Assembly (NCBI RefSeq): GCF_009914755.1
Contig: NC_060934.1
Strand: one strand, 5' to 3'
Origin: the human T2T-CHM13v2.0 reference genome, Homo sapiens
DNA: 64,000 nucleotides
This document shows, piece after piece, positions 27,444 through 41,429 of the stretch (position 1 is its first letter; every line of letters starts with the position of its first letter). Made by a program: the position numbers and the translations under genes. The notes below the pieces were generated by a model. The model worked only from the letters and a program-made list of their open reading frames with translations. It did no database searches and was not told the DNA's origin.

Positions 27444-27580
27444 GGCTCGGCATGGCGGCTCACACCTGTAATCCTAGCACTTTGGGAGGCTGAAGCAGGA
27501 GGATCACTTGAGACCAGGAGTTTGAGACCAGACTAGGCAACAGAGTGAGGCCCATCTCTATTAAAAAAAAAAAACAAAAC
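27444..27580 (+). mobile_element. Alu left monomer (FLAM_C/AluJ-like)
   Basis: ggctcacacctgtaatcctagcactttgggaggc...ggatcacttgagaccaggagttt...A-tail; no right arm. Confidence 0.85.
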
Positions 27581-29074
27581 TAAGTGGCCATCAGGAAGGG
27601 TCAAGGGCCTGGATTTCTCTCCAGCAGTTTGAGGGTCATCTGCTGTCCACACCGGGGTTTCACTGGGCTCTTCCTGCCAGTTCCAAGTGGCATTGACATG
27701 GGGCAGTGAAGCATAGAGGCACAAACCAAGGAGGACATTGTGCATGCACGCCTGCACGCACGCAGCCTTCTTGCACATAAGGAGAGCCGGTTTCTCATAA
27801 GAATAAACAAATGTCCCTTGCAAGGAGTCATTTAGTGCCGTGATCCCTTGATAAAAGTGGTAATCCTAAATGCTACTGAATGGAACAATCTAAATTTCCT
27901 ATTTACTGAGAACATAAATTAAGTCGAGGGGAGAGAAAACCTGCATAAGAAAAATTAGTAGGGTATATCAGTTAGAGACACTGAAAGATAGCTATGCTGC
28001 TCTCTGGATAAGGAAGTTGTAAATAGCATTAAAAAGTCAAGCAGGAAAGGAAATGGAGGTAGGAGAAATGATAAAAGACAGAGCACTAAATCACAAATAG
28101 GGGTACATGTACGAAGTCACAAACCGGCTTTATGCCAAGCTTTGCAGAATCCACAGCTTGGACTGACAATACATAGAGATGCTAAACACACAGGCATGCA
28201 GACTTCCAGAGAGTGTCAGTATGCAGAGGGTGGATTGGTCGCACCATGGGCAAGCTGTTGTCTGTGCTGGACTCTGGGATTGATCCATCAGTTCCTCCTT
28301 GCAGGGATCTGATTGGGTACAGTTCGGTAGGCAGTCGAGGATACAGCTGTATGAGGTTTTTAAAGGTCTTTAAACACATGAGTCTCTTGTGAGCTGGATC
28401 CACCTTCTAATGGATCTCCAAGGTAGCAACCCATTCCCAGAACACTGCCTGCTTGACTGGTTTTGTCAAATAGCTGCTACCCCTGTCCTCCTTTTTCTGT
28501 TTTATTCTGGGCTACTCTTTTCCTTTTTAGTGTTCACTTATGCCTCTTGGAAATTCATGAGCACTTGCTGACAAACAGGTTAATGACTGTGGCAACTCCC
28601 AAACATCTGGATGGAAACCAAAACTTCAGTCAATCATCTATAAAGGTTGTCGATATGATGCCAAAGATCTGGCGATTTAGAAATGTCCACATAATTGATT
28701 GAATTTCTCAGTTTTTTATCCAGGCTCAGAATCAACACATTGGGAAACACCTGTTTTCAGAGAAAAATATTCCAGGAAACAAAGTGTTCTCATTAGAAAG
28801 CATCTTTGATGTGTTCGAGTCTGATTTCTGGCTTGAAAGGAGGCTGGGCTGGGCTCTAAGTCAGATGGAGATCTGGTGGTTAGAGTAGTTAGTATTGGAA
28901 CGAGCACAGCTGGTGAGAGGTTTCCTTCCCCCGAAAGTTGGCCAGGAGGGTAGATCACTTTGTCCAAATAAGCTTAGGCTGCCTGTTAGGCCTGGTTTCT
29001 CTAAGGGAGTCCATTTTGCCATTTTAAGGGAGACTGTCAGGTTCTTAAGACATGTGGCTTTTTCTTCATTTATC

Positions 29075-29140
29075 TTTTCATTCATCCATTCAGAAGCAAG
29101 TAGGTGCTTGCTAAGCACCTACTATGTGCTAGGCAATTCA
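29075..29140 (-). mobile_element. L2 3' end fragment
   Basis: ttcattcatccattca...aagcacctactatgtgctaggca. Confidence 0.6.
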
Positions 29141-29149
29141 CATAAAGCT

Positions 29150-29410
29150 ATGTGGCATAGTGTTAGAAAGCAGGCTCTGGGGAGAAACTGCCAGAGTTTG
29201 AAGCTGGCTTCCCTACTCACTGGCTAGAGGGTACTGGGTCCACCTTATATCCTCTGTGGGCCCCAGTTTCTTCACTCATAAAATGTGGGGGATAATTGTG
29301 TAGGTCTCTCATAAGTTTTCATGAGGGTTAAATGAGTGAGTCCACATAAACCAGCTTAGAATTGCACCTGGCAGGTATTAAGTGCTCAATAAATGCTAGT
29401 TATTATTATT
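29150..29410 (+). mobile_element. MIR
   Basis: gcatagtgttagaaagcaggctctgg...cagtttcttcactcataaaatg...gtgctcaataaatgctagttatt. Confidence 0.75.
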
Positions 29411-29423
29411 GCAGTAGTAATAA

Positions 29424-29799
<376 letters not shown>

Positions 29800-31272
29800 T
29801 GAAATATTTTTAAATAAAAAAGTTTGAAGAGCCAAAAGGATATTCTGTGAACAGAATTGTGTATCATGAATGCCAGTGAGAATCATGGTCCCTCGTGAGC
29901 CCAGATGGATTTAGGAAGGGGACCCACTCAGTGTATTTCCAGAAAAAAAGACCCTCTATGATTCAGTAATCTGACCATTGAGCAGAATTAGTCAGATAAT
30001 TGCCCCTTTGTCAACTTTGAGAGCCCAGACCTTGTGGCTGTGTGTGTGTGTGTGTGTACTTTGTATAACTACACATTCCTTCTCTTGGAAGCCTGCTATT
30101 GCTTGAGGAATTCAAGGTTGGCATTTTCTAGGCTTCATGGCATTTTCGTAGGTTGTGGTGCTTTGCATTTTGTAGTTTTTTTAAAAGATAAAATGAAATG
30201 GTAGTGGGGAAAAAGTCCTTATTTGATGCATTTGAAGGGTTCCACTGATTCTTAAATGTCATACAGGGGAGAGGAAAGGGAGGTAAACAGGAAGAGGAGG
30301 GGAAGAGAGGAGAGAAAATGGAGATAAGACAAAGGAAGAAGAAAGAGGAAAGGGAGAAGTGAGCAAATACTTAACAAATTCAAATGAAATCTGTCTATTC
30401 TTGTCTGGCATGTCTGGATATTCTAAGGAAGTATGGGAGTTTGACAATCATTGCAGTTATTTCCATTGCTAAGGAGTAAAAGTTTTTAAGAAAAAAATTT
30501 CAGGAAAAAATTACTTTGGGCTTAATCTATTTGATGAATGGCTCCAACTAACTGGACAACTGCAAATTCTATTTATTCTTTGCCTGACAAGAGCAAATAT
30601 GAAACCCAGTTTCCCAAACTCATGACAATGTGTTTCTCATCTTTATGGGAACTTCCATGGAACAAGACTGAGGTGCAATCCCATTCTTGCCTCAAGTTCT
30701 CCCTGCCCCTTTGGCTTAGTTAGGTGACCAAGTTCAGCTCAATGGATGGCTGTAAGACCCACACCCAAATACTTACAGAGTCACTTATCTGATACCTTTT
30801 ATACCTTTTGCATCATTCTCAAATTCCTAGATTTCATTATTCGTCATTTATGCCTATTAGCTGGTAAAGGTTCTGATTTTCAAATTAGAAAGTAAATGTT
30901 TTTAATGAGCAAAATTAGAATCCTGAAAGCTCAATCATCCTTACATTTTTCTTGTAGTACGAAACAAGTCAAGGGCTGCCTATTCATTACCAGATGCAGG
31001 GCCAGATGCTGCCCTCTGTGTGGACATAGGCAGTGGTGAGCTCTGTCAATCCCCAGCCCCTGCCACTGCCCAGATGGCAGGGAGAGAACTACCCTCTGCC
31101 CCTGTGCTACCTGGCTGCAATTTTTGCACTTCTCTGCTTAAAACACACACACACACACATACACCTCTTAATTTGTCTTAGGATTTTATGTACACTAGCA
31201 CACATGTGTACATGTTTATACACATACACAGGCCAATCTTATGGCTGCTTTACTCAGAAAGCCTTTATATTT

Positions 31273-31304
<32 letters not shown>
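31273..31304. repeat. (ATC)10 microsatellite
   Basis: Read directly. Confidence 0.95.
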
Positions 31305-31309
31305 AGTGG

Positions 31310-31540
31310 TTAACAAGTGCTTACTACAGTAGGAACCGTTACAAGCATGTTTCATGCATTAATTGATTTAAGCATCCTAAACAACCCCATAGGGCTTTAT
31401 AGGATTGTTATAGATGAGGTAGCTGGAGTACAGAGAAGTTAAATAACTTGCTCAAGGTCACAGACTAAGTAGCAGAAGTAGGATTTGAACCCATGCAGTC
31501 CTGGCTCTAAAACCCACATGCTTATCCCCTATGCCATACT
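31310..31540 (-). mobile_element. MIR
   Basis: tatagatgagg...cagagaagttaaataacttgctcaaggtcacag...ggatttgaaccc. Confidence 0.75.
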
Positions 31541-34169
31541 TCATATCTACTTTGGATCAAGGGAAGTGCAGGCACAGGCAATCTCCTGGGGAACTCTGTA
31601 TATTTTGCAGTCTCTTACAAGCTCAAAACAGGAAACCTGCACCCTAGCAGATGGTCACACCTCTGTGTATCTCTGTACTCTTCCATGGTGTGTGTTCCTC
31701 AGTGCAGGCCACTGCTGAGCCACATCATCTAGAGATACTGGGAAGGAAGAAGATACTAATAGCCAGAGCCACAGAGTAGAGTGGAATGGGGATTCTTGGA
31801 ACTAGAGTTTATATTGCTGTTCCCATTGGGATTGGCAAGTTTACTCCCGTCCATCCTCCTCCAGCTCCAACAGGGATCTAGACTCTCAATTGGCATAAGG
31901 TTTGGACTAGGGGCTTAACTCTCCAAATCAGGCAGACCTGTTCTCGTTTGGTAAAGTCGTAACTGTTCAGCAGAGCAGGGACATTTGCTTCCAAGAAGAA
32001 TAGAATCGTATTTTTGGTTATCAAGAAGAGATTTGTCCTGCATCTCTAGAATCTTCCTTCTGAAAAGCAGCAGTGCAAATGACCAGGCCAGAGTAAGCTA
32101 AAAAAGCTAAAGGATGGATCCTCTCACCCACAACCACACCAAGAAGGCAATTAAAGCAATTACCGAATCATACACCATCACCCAGATCCAGCATCATTAC
32201 TCAACCCACATCACCAAGGAGACACCCATTAACCTAATCTCTGAGACATACATTAGGGAAAAAAGATGCTGATATGATCAATGAACACAATAATTCAAAG
32301 CAGAAACACAGACACTGCCACCAAACAATACTCAAATTCCTCCAACTCAGTGTTACACAAAGTGCAGCCACCTCAATACAATACCACAAAACACCAAGTA
32401 ACAAACATTAAGCTAGCTGCCGGAATGCGTCAACACAATGCAATAATACACGGTAATGCACAACACAGTTCAAACTCTGTATCCCATAGGCACACCCATA
32501 CCCACAGGCTGAAATCATGTGGCCACTTGAGCCACATGGGCAGACACACACAGAGACAGAGCCAATAGCGCAGCACCCAATTCTCCTGCACACCCAGCAG
32601 AAAACGATCACAGCTGCAGTCCTCCCAAGCACGATGCAGCCTGCCAGAAAGCAGCAGCACCATGCCGTTTCTCCAGCAGGTGGACGTGTCCAGACCATCA
32701 CCTCTAATAAGGCCTCTGGGCTCTCATTGCTAGTAAGAGAGTAAACTGTCCCCTGAGCCTGCTTCCCGAGACAGGACAATTCAGTTCTATCCTGGTTGGG
32801 GTTTAATAAGACTTCGCTGTTAGTGAAAATGACAGAGCTCCAGGGATAAAGGGAAAGGTGGTGGTGGGAGGGGAGCTCACTAAGCTGGGTGCAGGAATTC
32901 CCCTTCCTCTACCCAGCCCTACCTTCTGTGGCCATTCCAGAGCCAAAGCCCTCATGCTGGGTGTTCACGGAGTATCGATTCAGTCTGCAAGCAATTTTGA
33001 TATTTCTTCAGGGACTTTCCAGCAACAGCACAAGTCATTAATTCACCCTCCCAAATTGCTTATTCAATAGCAGGAACATGGCTCCTGAATAAAGTCCCAG
33101 AATTTATGTGACTCGCACGAGTCAGGAGGTCAAACAACTGTTATGGAGCGAAGTTAAAAATCCAAATAAAATATTGACACTTTTTTGGGGAGGGGGAGGT
33201 GGGAAGCAAAGGTATTTAAAATAGGTTTTTGTTGCAATGCCCCCAGGATAAAGAATGGAAGGAGACTGAAGACAAGTTGGAGTTTATAAAATCAATGGAA
33301 TTTATTGCACAGCTACTTGGCATTTAATAATTCTCTCATTTCCACATCCCCCTCCCCCACCCCATCCTGGCCATAGACAGAGAGATACACAGGTATACAA
33401 ATGCACATTTTTGTACGTCAATACTGGTGCATGGACCAATATAAAAACACGATTGTGATGTGAAAATCTCAAACACCCCAGGAAGGGAACAATGATGGTG
33501 TAGAGTCTCGCTGTAGTTTACATATTTGACAGAAATGGGCATAACTTGGCAGATACTCATGAAGCAGGTTTTGATAAATATATCCACTATTATAAATCTT
33601 AGATCAATGCATTGGAGCAGACCTGAATATAAAGATAAACTAATCATAGAAATAGATTCTCAAAACAGAAATTGAGAAACACATCTATATGTAGTATCAT
33701 CCTGCAATCATGTACATGATTTGGAAACTAGATAGATGAAAATAATTTGGAAAATTTGCCCCCCAAACCTACCAGTGCATATAAAATTCACCGAAGCCTA
33801 TAGCAGCTTAATCTAAAATTGTGATTTGTTAGTAACACAGACATGATGCTTATCAAATACAGCTATGGCACATGCATGGGAGAGGATAAGCGTGTTTAAA
33901 ATCACAGCTACCTGTGCTCTCTGTTAATTGTCTACATATATAATTGCTCAATTTTCCAAAATCATGGATATGAAAAGGCTGAAGGAAAAATTTGTTCATG
34001 TCCAAATAGTTAATAAATAAATATATATATAAATTTCCCAAAAAGATCAACTGATTCAGCCTACAGACATTGAAGTCACAAGCCTGGATCCAATGTCGGG
34101 CTCTTACCCGATGCATATGTATAATTATATGTCAATTGAAAAAAATAAACACCAACCAAACAAACAATT

Positions 34170-34660
34170 TCTGGCTCCAATGCTATTAAGCATGTGACTT
34201 TGGGCAAGTTGCTTGGCCTTTCTGTTGTTTCTTAGGCAAAATAGAGAGGATGGCTATTTGATAGAGTTATAGTTGAATTCGAATGAGAAAACACATTCAT
34301 TATAATGCCTTTCATACAGTGAATATGAAATAAACGATAGTTATTGCTTTTACTATTATTAGATTCAGCTCTTCTATTCAGGCCTAGCCTCTCATAGATT
34401 CTACCATCGGTTCTTGATATGACTGACTCATTCTACTCAATGGTTAGCCGCATAAGTTCTAGAGTGAGACACTCAGGTTTAAATTCTGGCTCTGTTACTT
34501 AACAGCTGTGTGACCTTCCGTAAGTTACCTAACCTCTCTGAGTCTCAGCTTCCACATCTGTAGATTATGGACAATAATCTTCATAGGTACTTGTGAGAAT
34601 TAAGTTAAATAATCCATATAAAGTGCTTTGCACAGTGCCTGGTACATAGTAAGTGTATAT
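34170..34660 (+). mobile_element. Two MIR copies (about 34170-34350 and 34450-34660)
   Basis: tgtgactttgggcaagttgctt; agctgtgtgaccttccgtaagttacctaacctctctgagtctcagc. Confidence 0.7.
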
Positions 34661-34701
34661 TGGCCCACTGTGTCCCTTAAGATTATGTCATTGTTATTAT
34701 T

Positions 34702-35047
34702 GGCCAGGTACAGTGGCTCATGCCTGTAATCCCAGCACTTTGGGAGGCTGAGGTGGGAGGATTACTTGAGGTCAGGAGTTTGAGACCAGCCTGGCCAACA
34801 TGGTAAAACCCTGTCTCTACTAAAAATACAAAAATGAGCTGGGCGTGGTGGTGTGCACCTATAATCCTAGCTACTCAGGAGGCTGAGGTTGCAGTGAACC
34901 TGGGAGGCAGAGGTTGCAGTGAGCTGAGATTGTGCCATTGTACTCCAGCCTGGGCAACAGTGTGAGACTCCATCTCAAAAAGAATAAAATAAAATAAAAT
35001 AAAATAAAATAAAATAAAATAAAATAAAAAAATAAAAAACAAAAAAC
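34702..35047 (+). mobile_element. Alu (S-type), sense orientation, with (AAAAT)n tail
   Basis: ggccaggtacagtggctcatgcctgtaatcccagc... Tail expanded as AAAAT repeats; flanking duplication ATTGTTATTATT at 34690-34701 and 35059-35070. Confidence 0.93.
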
Positions 35048-36349
35048 AAGAGTATATTATTGTTATTATTATTAATAATAATATTCATTTGTTATTGAAC
35101 AAATAGCTATCAAGTACTTACATTATACCAGACACCATTGCTAGGTGCTGGGGAAAGACAGTCGTGAGAAAAATAGCAGACATCTGCCTTCTCAGAGCTT
35201 GGAGGGGTGGACTCTATGTGAACTGAGTAAGCAAGAAAACAAGGTTTCAGCTCTGTGTTAGACCCTGAGAGGAAGAGGGAAACAGAGAGAAATAGATTGG
35301 AAAGCTAGGATAGAGCCAGATAAGGGAAGATTTTGAAGGCCGGGCTGAAGAATTCTGAATTTATCCTATAGGTGATAGGAAGTGATTGTAGGGTTTAGCC
35401 AGATCACATTCTTTCAGGAGACAGAGAAAGACTGACGGACTGTTTTTGAATGCCTGAGTAGGCGAAAGGTAGGAAAGGCTAGAGGTAGGGAGGCCAGGCA
35501 GTCACTAGCGGGCCCTACATCTGCTGCTGCTCATGTGACTGCAGAGGGAGGTGAGCATGCCTGTGGTGGGACAGGGTTGGGGGATGGACAGGTGCAGAGT
35601 GGGAGACTTTATCCCAGCAATGAATCTATAGCAGTACCTTGTTCACCTTATATCAAGCAGTCTTCAAGCCTCTGGAGCTTCCCAAACAGGATCATGGGGG
35701 TGGACAGCTGGTAGATTCCAGCTCTAGCCAGAAGCTCTGACAGATGAGGGCAGGGCCAGTGGTGAGAGGCGCTAGTCTGTCATGCTCTGGGCTTGGCATG
35801 CACCACAGACTGGTTTCCAAATGGTTAGTTAAACACATTGCCCCTTAATTTTTAAACCTATGCATATCTTGAAGTTAAATCAATCCATATGCTTAGCATT
35901 CATCATATAAACCATCACTATTGCCCCCTTGGGCCAGCCCCATGGCCCATCTAGCCTGGTAAATTGTCTCTGGCCTGGGCTCTCAGGGGCACGTGGCGGA
36001 AAGATTATCGCCCTCAATGCCAGTCTTGGAAGGCTAAGTTGATGCAGAATATATGCCTGGTATCTAAGTAACCCACTGGGAATTTATCATCCTGGAATGT
36101 ACCAAAAACCATTTTGAAATTATTTCAATTTTTAACCTATGGTTTTGTTTCCACAGAGCAACTGATAGCTTATTGAATTTTGGTGACTATGTCAGCTGGA
36201 GTCAGGGTTAATAGATGGAGAGAAATGTGGATCGATAGAGTATGAGAAAGGAACTTTCTTAACTCACTAAGACTTATTCCCAGCTCTTCCAAGGATCCCC
36301 TTGAGAAACCAACCAGAAGGATGGTTTCTTCACCTCCTGGCTTAAGCTA

Positions 36350-36470
36350 GTCTTCTCAAATAGAGTTCAGAAACTCTAATTCAGGTCTAAGATGGGACCC
36401 GGTGATTTGCATTTTAGCAAGCACCCCAGGGGATTCTAATGCAGGTAGTTCAAGGGCAGTAGTTTGAGGA
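36350..36470. mobile_element. MER5-like hAT DNA transposon fragment
   Basis: gatttgcattttagcaagcaccccaggggattctaatgcagg...agtttgag. Confidence 0.55.
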
Positions 36471-37165
36471 AACCCTTCTGCCAGCTTTTTGGTAGGACTT
36501 TCATTTCTTGGAGCTCAGCTATGACTTCTGAGAGTCAACAAGAGTTGACACATTTGGGAAGAACCCTGGTAACCTGGAACCTGTGTATTCCAGCAACATC
36601 CTGCCACAGCCAGAATGGAAGGTCCTGCCCACAGCTCTGAAGAATGGCCTGGCCCTTATCAGTGGCCATGTTCAGAACCCTGCCTGACATATGGTCAGTT
36701 ATCCAGACTGAAACCTGCAGGGCATATGAGTGAGCATGGGCAAAAAAACCTCTAAACTCAGCCCAAACTGCAGCCAGAGGCTACAAAAACAGTGTGTTAA
36801 GTGATTCAGGCCTGCCTTAAAGGAAGCCACGTGCAGGAGAGATGCTGTTTCCTTTGTGTTTCTGTGGAGAGCAGGAAGTAAATTTCAATTTTTCAGTTCC
36901 TGGGGTATACAAAGGGGGAGACTCTAGTTCCTTAGAGTTCTCAGGAGTAGGGACCATTTCCAGGAGAGGTAAACATTTCCTGGGTGATCTATGACATCTC
37001 ACTCAAGGTTCTGCTGTGAAAAGTCTCCCGCTGTTAGTGTTGCTGACTTGCCTCGGGGCCAAGCCATGGATACGTGCCTGATATAGGCAGCTCTCAAAGA
37101 CTTGTGTTGAAGCAATAACCACCTGCATTAGCTGGGCAAAATATCCTTTGCTGAAGCAAATATCT

Positions 37166-37459
37166 TCTTTTTTTTTTTCTAAGACACAGTCTCGCTCTGT
37201 TGCCGAGGCTGGAGTGCGGTGGCGCGATCTCTGCTCACTGCAACTTTCACCTCCCGCGTTCAAGCAATTCTCTGCCTCAGCCTCCCCAGTAGCAGGGATT
37301 ACAGGCATCCGCCACCATGCCCGGCTAATTTTTGTATTTTTAGTAGAGGCGAGGTTTCACCATCTTGGCCAGGCTGGTCTTGAACTTCCGACCTCATGAT
37401 TCACTTGCCTCGGCCTCCCAAAGTGTTGTGATTACAGGCGTGAGCCACTGTGCCCGGCC
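37166..37459 (-). mobile_element. Alu (S-type)
   Basis: Full-length antisense Alu flanked by caaatatc copies. Confidence 0.92.
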
Positions 37460-37479
37460 ACAAATATCCTTTTTAATAT

Positions 37480-37833
<354 letters not shown>

Positions 37834-38419
37834 TGATTGAGTTTATAATGCCCAGGCAGTCTGAGACCACTGGCAGAGGCCCCCATGACCACTCGTCTGG
37901 CTTAGTGGGCAATGGGGCCAGCTAGTCTGGCACATTTTCTACCCTGGAGTGCCTTTGATTTACTGAATCAGGAAAGACCCTCCCCATACCAGGGATTAAA
38001 TATTTTCTGCAAAGACTCTAAAGTGGACAGTTTACTCCAGGACAATTTAAACTGATTTATACATGTATATAACACATATATCCAGATACTTGACATCTTG
38101 CTCCTAAGAGCAGCCTGCCTCAAGCCTGGTCATGTCACTGGTTTGTTCAAGCTCTGCTAGGAAGTAATTTTGTTCCTCTAGGGAATAATTCTAAAATTGG
38201 GAAGGAAGTCTGTTCTAGACAGCAGGAAAGGATTTCATGGTGACATACTTGGAGATCCAATGTACAGGGGTTGTCAGCAATTGGGTCCAGCAGGTGTTAA
38301 TACTCCCATTTTCTAGTGAGGACAACTGAGGTTCAGGGAAACCTCTCACCCTTCATTTCTCAGAAGGGACTGAAAATAGAAGTTTCAATTTGGTGCCTTT
38401 GGGTGTCTCTCCCCTGGAG

Positions 38420-38625
38420 GCAGTATAATTTAGCAGGTAAGGGATTAGTCCCTGGGATTAGTCTATGTGAATTCAAATCCCAGATTTACTGTTTATTAAA
38501 TGGGTGACTTTGAGCAAGTTGTAATAAGCCTTATGTGCAAAATGCGTTGTTGTAAGGATTGAGTGAACTATTTATTTGAAGTACATAGAACATTGCCTAG
38601 CACATAGTAGATACTCAGTAGACAG
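38420..38625 (+). mobile_element. MIR
   Basis: ttcaaatcccag...gtgactttgagcaagtt...ttgtaaggattgagtga...cctagcacatagtagatactca. Confidence 0.65.
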
Positions 38626-39999
38626 TTTTTTGTTTTTGTTTTTAAACTGGAGCCTCTCCTGAGGAAGCATTGCTCCTAGAAAGCCTGCCCAGCCTAGTCC
38701 AGTAAATGCTGCCACCTCACTCCTCCCAAGGTGAGCTGTCTGAGGTCACCTCAATGCTAATAGGACCTCTTCTTGTCTCCACCTCAGGGAGTTTTTGCAC
38801 ACCATTTATTATCATATAATATAATGCAATATAATATCATACATAACATAACATAATATGATGGGTAGGTTAACTTGGAAACCCTGAGGCGGACAGTGGA
38901 TGGATGGATAGATGAATAGATACATTTGTACTAAGTATACATACATTATATCATTCTATTGATTTGTAAAAAGTTCCCGGTCTGCCTGGCTGTAATGAGA
39001 TTTTTGAACTTTGCGTGGCGATCAATGAGAGGAATATTATTGGCCTGGAGAATTGATATACCTGCTCTCAGTGGCTTGTTCTGCTCCCAGGCTGCCCCGG
39101 CCCCCCAGGTGTATGATTCCAGCAGACACTTAACCTTTTTTACAGTGTCATCAGGCTAAAAGGAATCTAATAGTGACACAGGACTTGTGCTCAGCACTCT
39201 GCCACTATTGCTTTCCTGTCACAAATAATTTATAGCCTTCTATTTCCACCCCTGAGCCTGCACCCCAGCCTTGCCTCCTGCTTCCCCCAGCTCCCAGGAA
39301 TCAATAAACTCACATAGCCACGGTGGGACTTCAGGGTGCAAGGAGACAGACAGACAGACAAAGAGAGGGGAAGTGGAGAGAGGAGCAGAGAAGGAGAAGA
39401 AGAGAGGGACAGAGAGTGAAACACAGAGAAAAGAATGGGGAAGGAGGAGGAAGAGAGAGAGCTGAACTAGAAGATGAGTAAGAATGCCTGGTGCTCTCTT
39501 AAAAGGTGGAGCGCTTCTCTCTTTCTTCTTGAGTTTAACACAGTGTTAATAGAAGTTTCATGCAGGGCTTTCATTCTTACTCACAGAGCCTGAGACTGTG
39601 TTGATATCCAAGTTGGTGAGAGGTGGGGGTCTTCCGGGAATTTAACCAGTAAGGGAGTGGCCTCCCCACCTGCCCTGTCATCCTTTGCTCTGAAGTCCTG
39701 CCACGACCCCCTGCCATCCCTTGGGTCTCCTGTGGATCCTTGCCAGTGACCCTAGTGGGGCTTGGTCCAGCCCCCAGTCTGTCTGCTTGAGAGTCTGACG
39801 CAACCTCCTTTTGGGTCAGATGTCGCTGCCGCCACTGCTGCTATTTCTTGTCTTCTCAATGCTCTTCCCAGGGTCTCAGTGGCACCTGCATTGACCAGGC
39901 TGGGGCATACTGGGTAGGGAGGTCTCCTGCCTGCATCGGCCTAAATTGAAAGCACCCGGGCCTAGGGGTCACCCATAGGAATAATAATACTGGTCATCA

Positions 40000-40220
40000 T
40001 TGTTATTATAGGTAGCATTTATAGAACCAACCATCATAGTAATCACATTACATGGAGTGTCCCTATTTAGTCCTTGCCACAGTCCTATGAAGTGTATGGT
40101 AGTATTATCTTATTTTACAGAGAAGGGAATAAGAAACTGCCAGGGGTTTCACAGGAAACAAGTAACAAAGCCGGGATTCCGACTAAGGCAGGCTGAGCCC
40201 AGAACCCATGTCCTTCTTCC
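40000..40220 (-). mobile_element. MIR
   Basis: cctatgaagtgtatggtagtattatcttattttacagagaagg...ggattccgactaaggcaggctgagcccaga. Confidence 0.6.
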
Positions 40221-41429
40221 TTTTGCTGCTCTCACTCCCTTGGAAGTGTGGGAGACTCTAAGTGCCTGGAAGTCCCCATGCGGGGCCCAGGCCAAAGCCC
40301 TGGAGGTCCCCAGGAAAGGGTGAGCTCTCATCGGAAATGGTGGAGGAGAAAGAGCATCTTGTGAAGGAAAGAGAAGTGGGGAGCAGGCACCCTGGCAGGG
40401 CAGTCTCTCAGTGGAAATGGAAAAATGACACCTCCCAGCTTCTGAGCAGAGCTGTGTCCTCCAGGGTCCCAGCTGCACCCTCCAGGGATCTATATCCAGA
40501 ACTTGACCTTCCAGGTCAAACCTGCCTGGGGCCGTGGAGGTTTGATGTGTGTCTGGCTGTCTTGTGAGGCCAAGTATGAAAAAGAATTGGAGAAAGAGGA
40601 GGAGGAACATGGGGAAACGGTATCAGGCCGTCATCATCAACAACTGCTTTACTTCATTCATCCTTTAGCCCCGAGTGAAATTGCCATGAGTTGTTGGGTT
40701 GTTGTATGGGAGACAGGAGGACAATGGATGACCATCAGATTTCCATGATCCCAGTTCTTAAATTCTCCGAGATCAGCTCTAGGGACTGGCAAGTGCCCAC
40801 TGCCTGAGGTCATGGATGGACACCAAGAGCATTAGTAACTCACAGCAGGCACCCTGCCCAGCTCCTCCCCCATGCACCACCAAGCCGCTGTCAGGGAGTA
40901 GTGATTTTCCATCACTCGCTGCCTCAGCTAAATTTGCGCCAGTGCCCTAGGGGTCAGAGGCTCTGGGTAACAAAGACAGAAACTCCTCAAGCCCGTCCAG
41001 TTCTCTCTCTCAGCCAGCCCCACCCCTGGGGTTCCCTTAGTCAAGAGCCCATCAGACCTCAAGCCAGAGCCACCCACAGGCCCAGTGAGCTCACAGAAGC
41101 TGTTGCTGCAGTAAACTAGGAGCAGCTGCTCTGAGCTGCTCAGCATCTTTCTAGACTTTTCTTGTAGATGATTGTACACTGCCTCTCAGCTACTATCCAA
41201 TCTTTTCCATTGTGATCAAACTCCAAATCTTCCCTCCAACTCTTGGGAGATGACCTTGCCTTCTGCTTTGCTGAGAGATAAAAGCCGTAAAAGCTCCTTT
41301 TCAAAGCTTTGGCCACCTGAAAATATGCCATTTCTGGCTAACACCTCCCTGGAGTCTGCACTCCATTTTTCCTTGTTCTCCCTTGCTCTGTTAATCATCC
41401 ACAGTCCCTTAGGCAACTTCAGTCTCTTC

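Noticed and set aside
32281-32568. 95-aa ATG-initiated Thr/His/Gln/Asn-rich ORF
   Set aside because: Its composition follows from the CA-rich skew; no splice context or domain.
39129-39145. CTTAAC...TTTTTTACAG resembling a U12-type branch point and acceptor
   Set aside because: All PAX2 donors seen are U2-type, and I found no matching U12 donor or convincing downstream exon.
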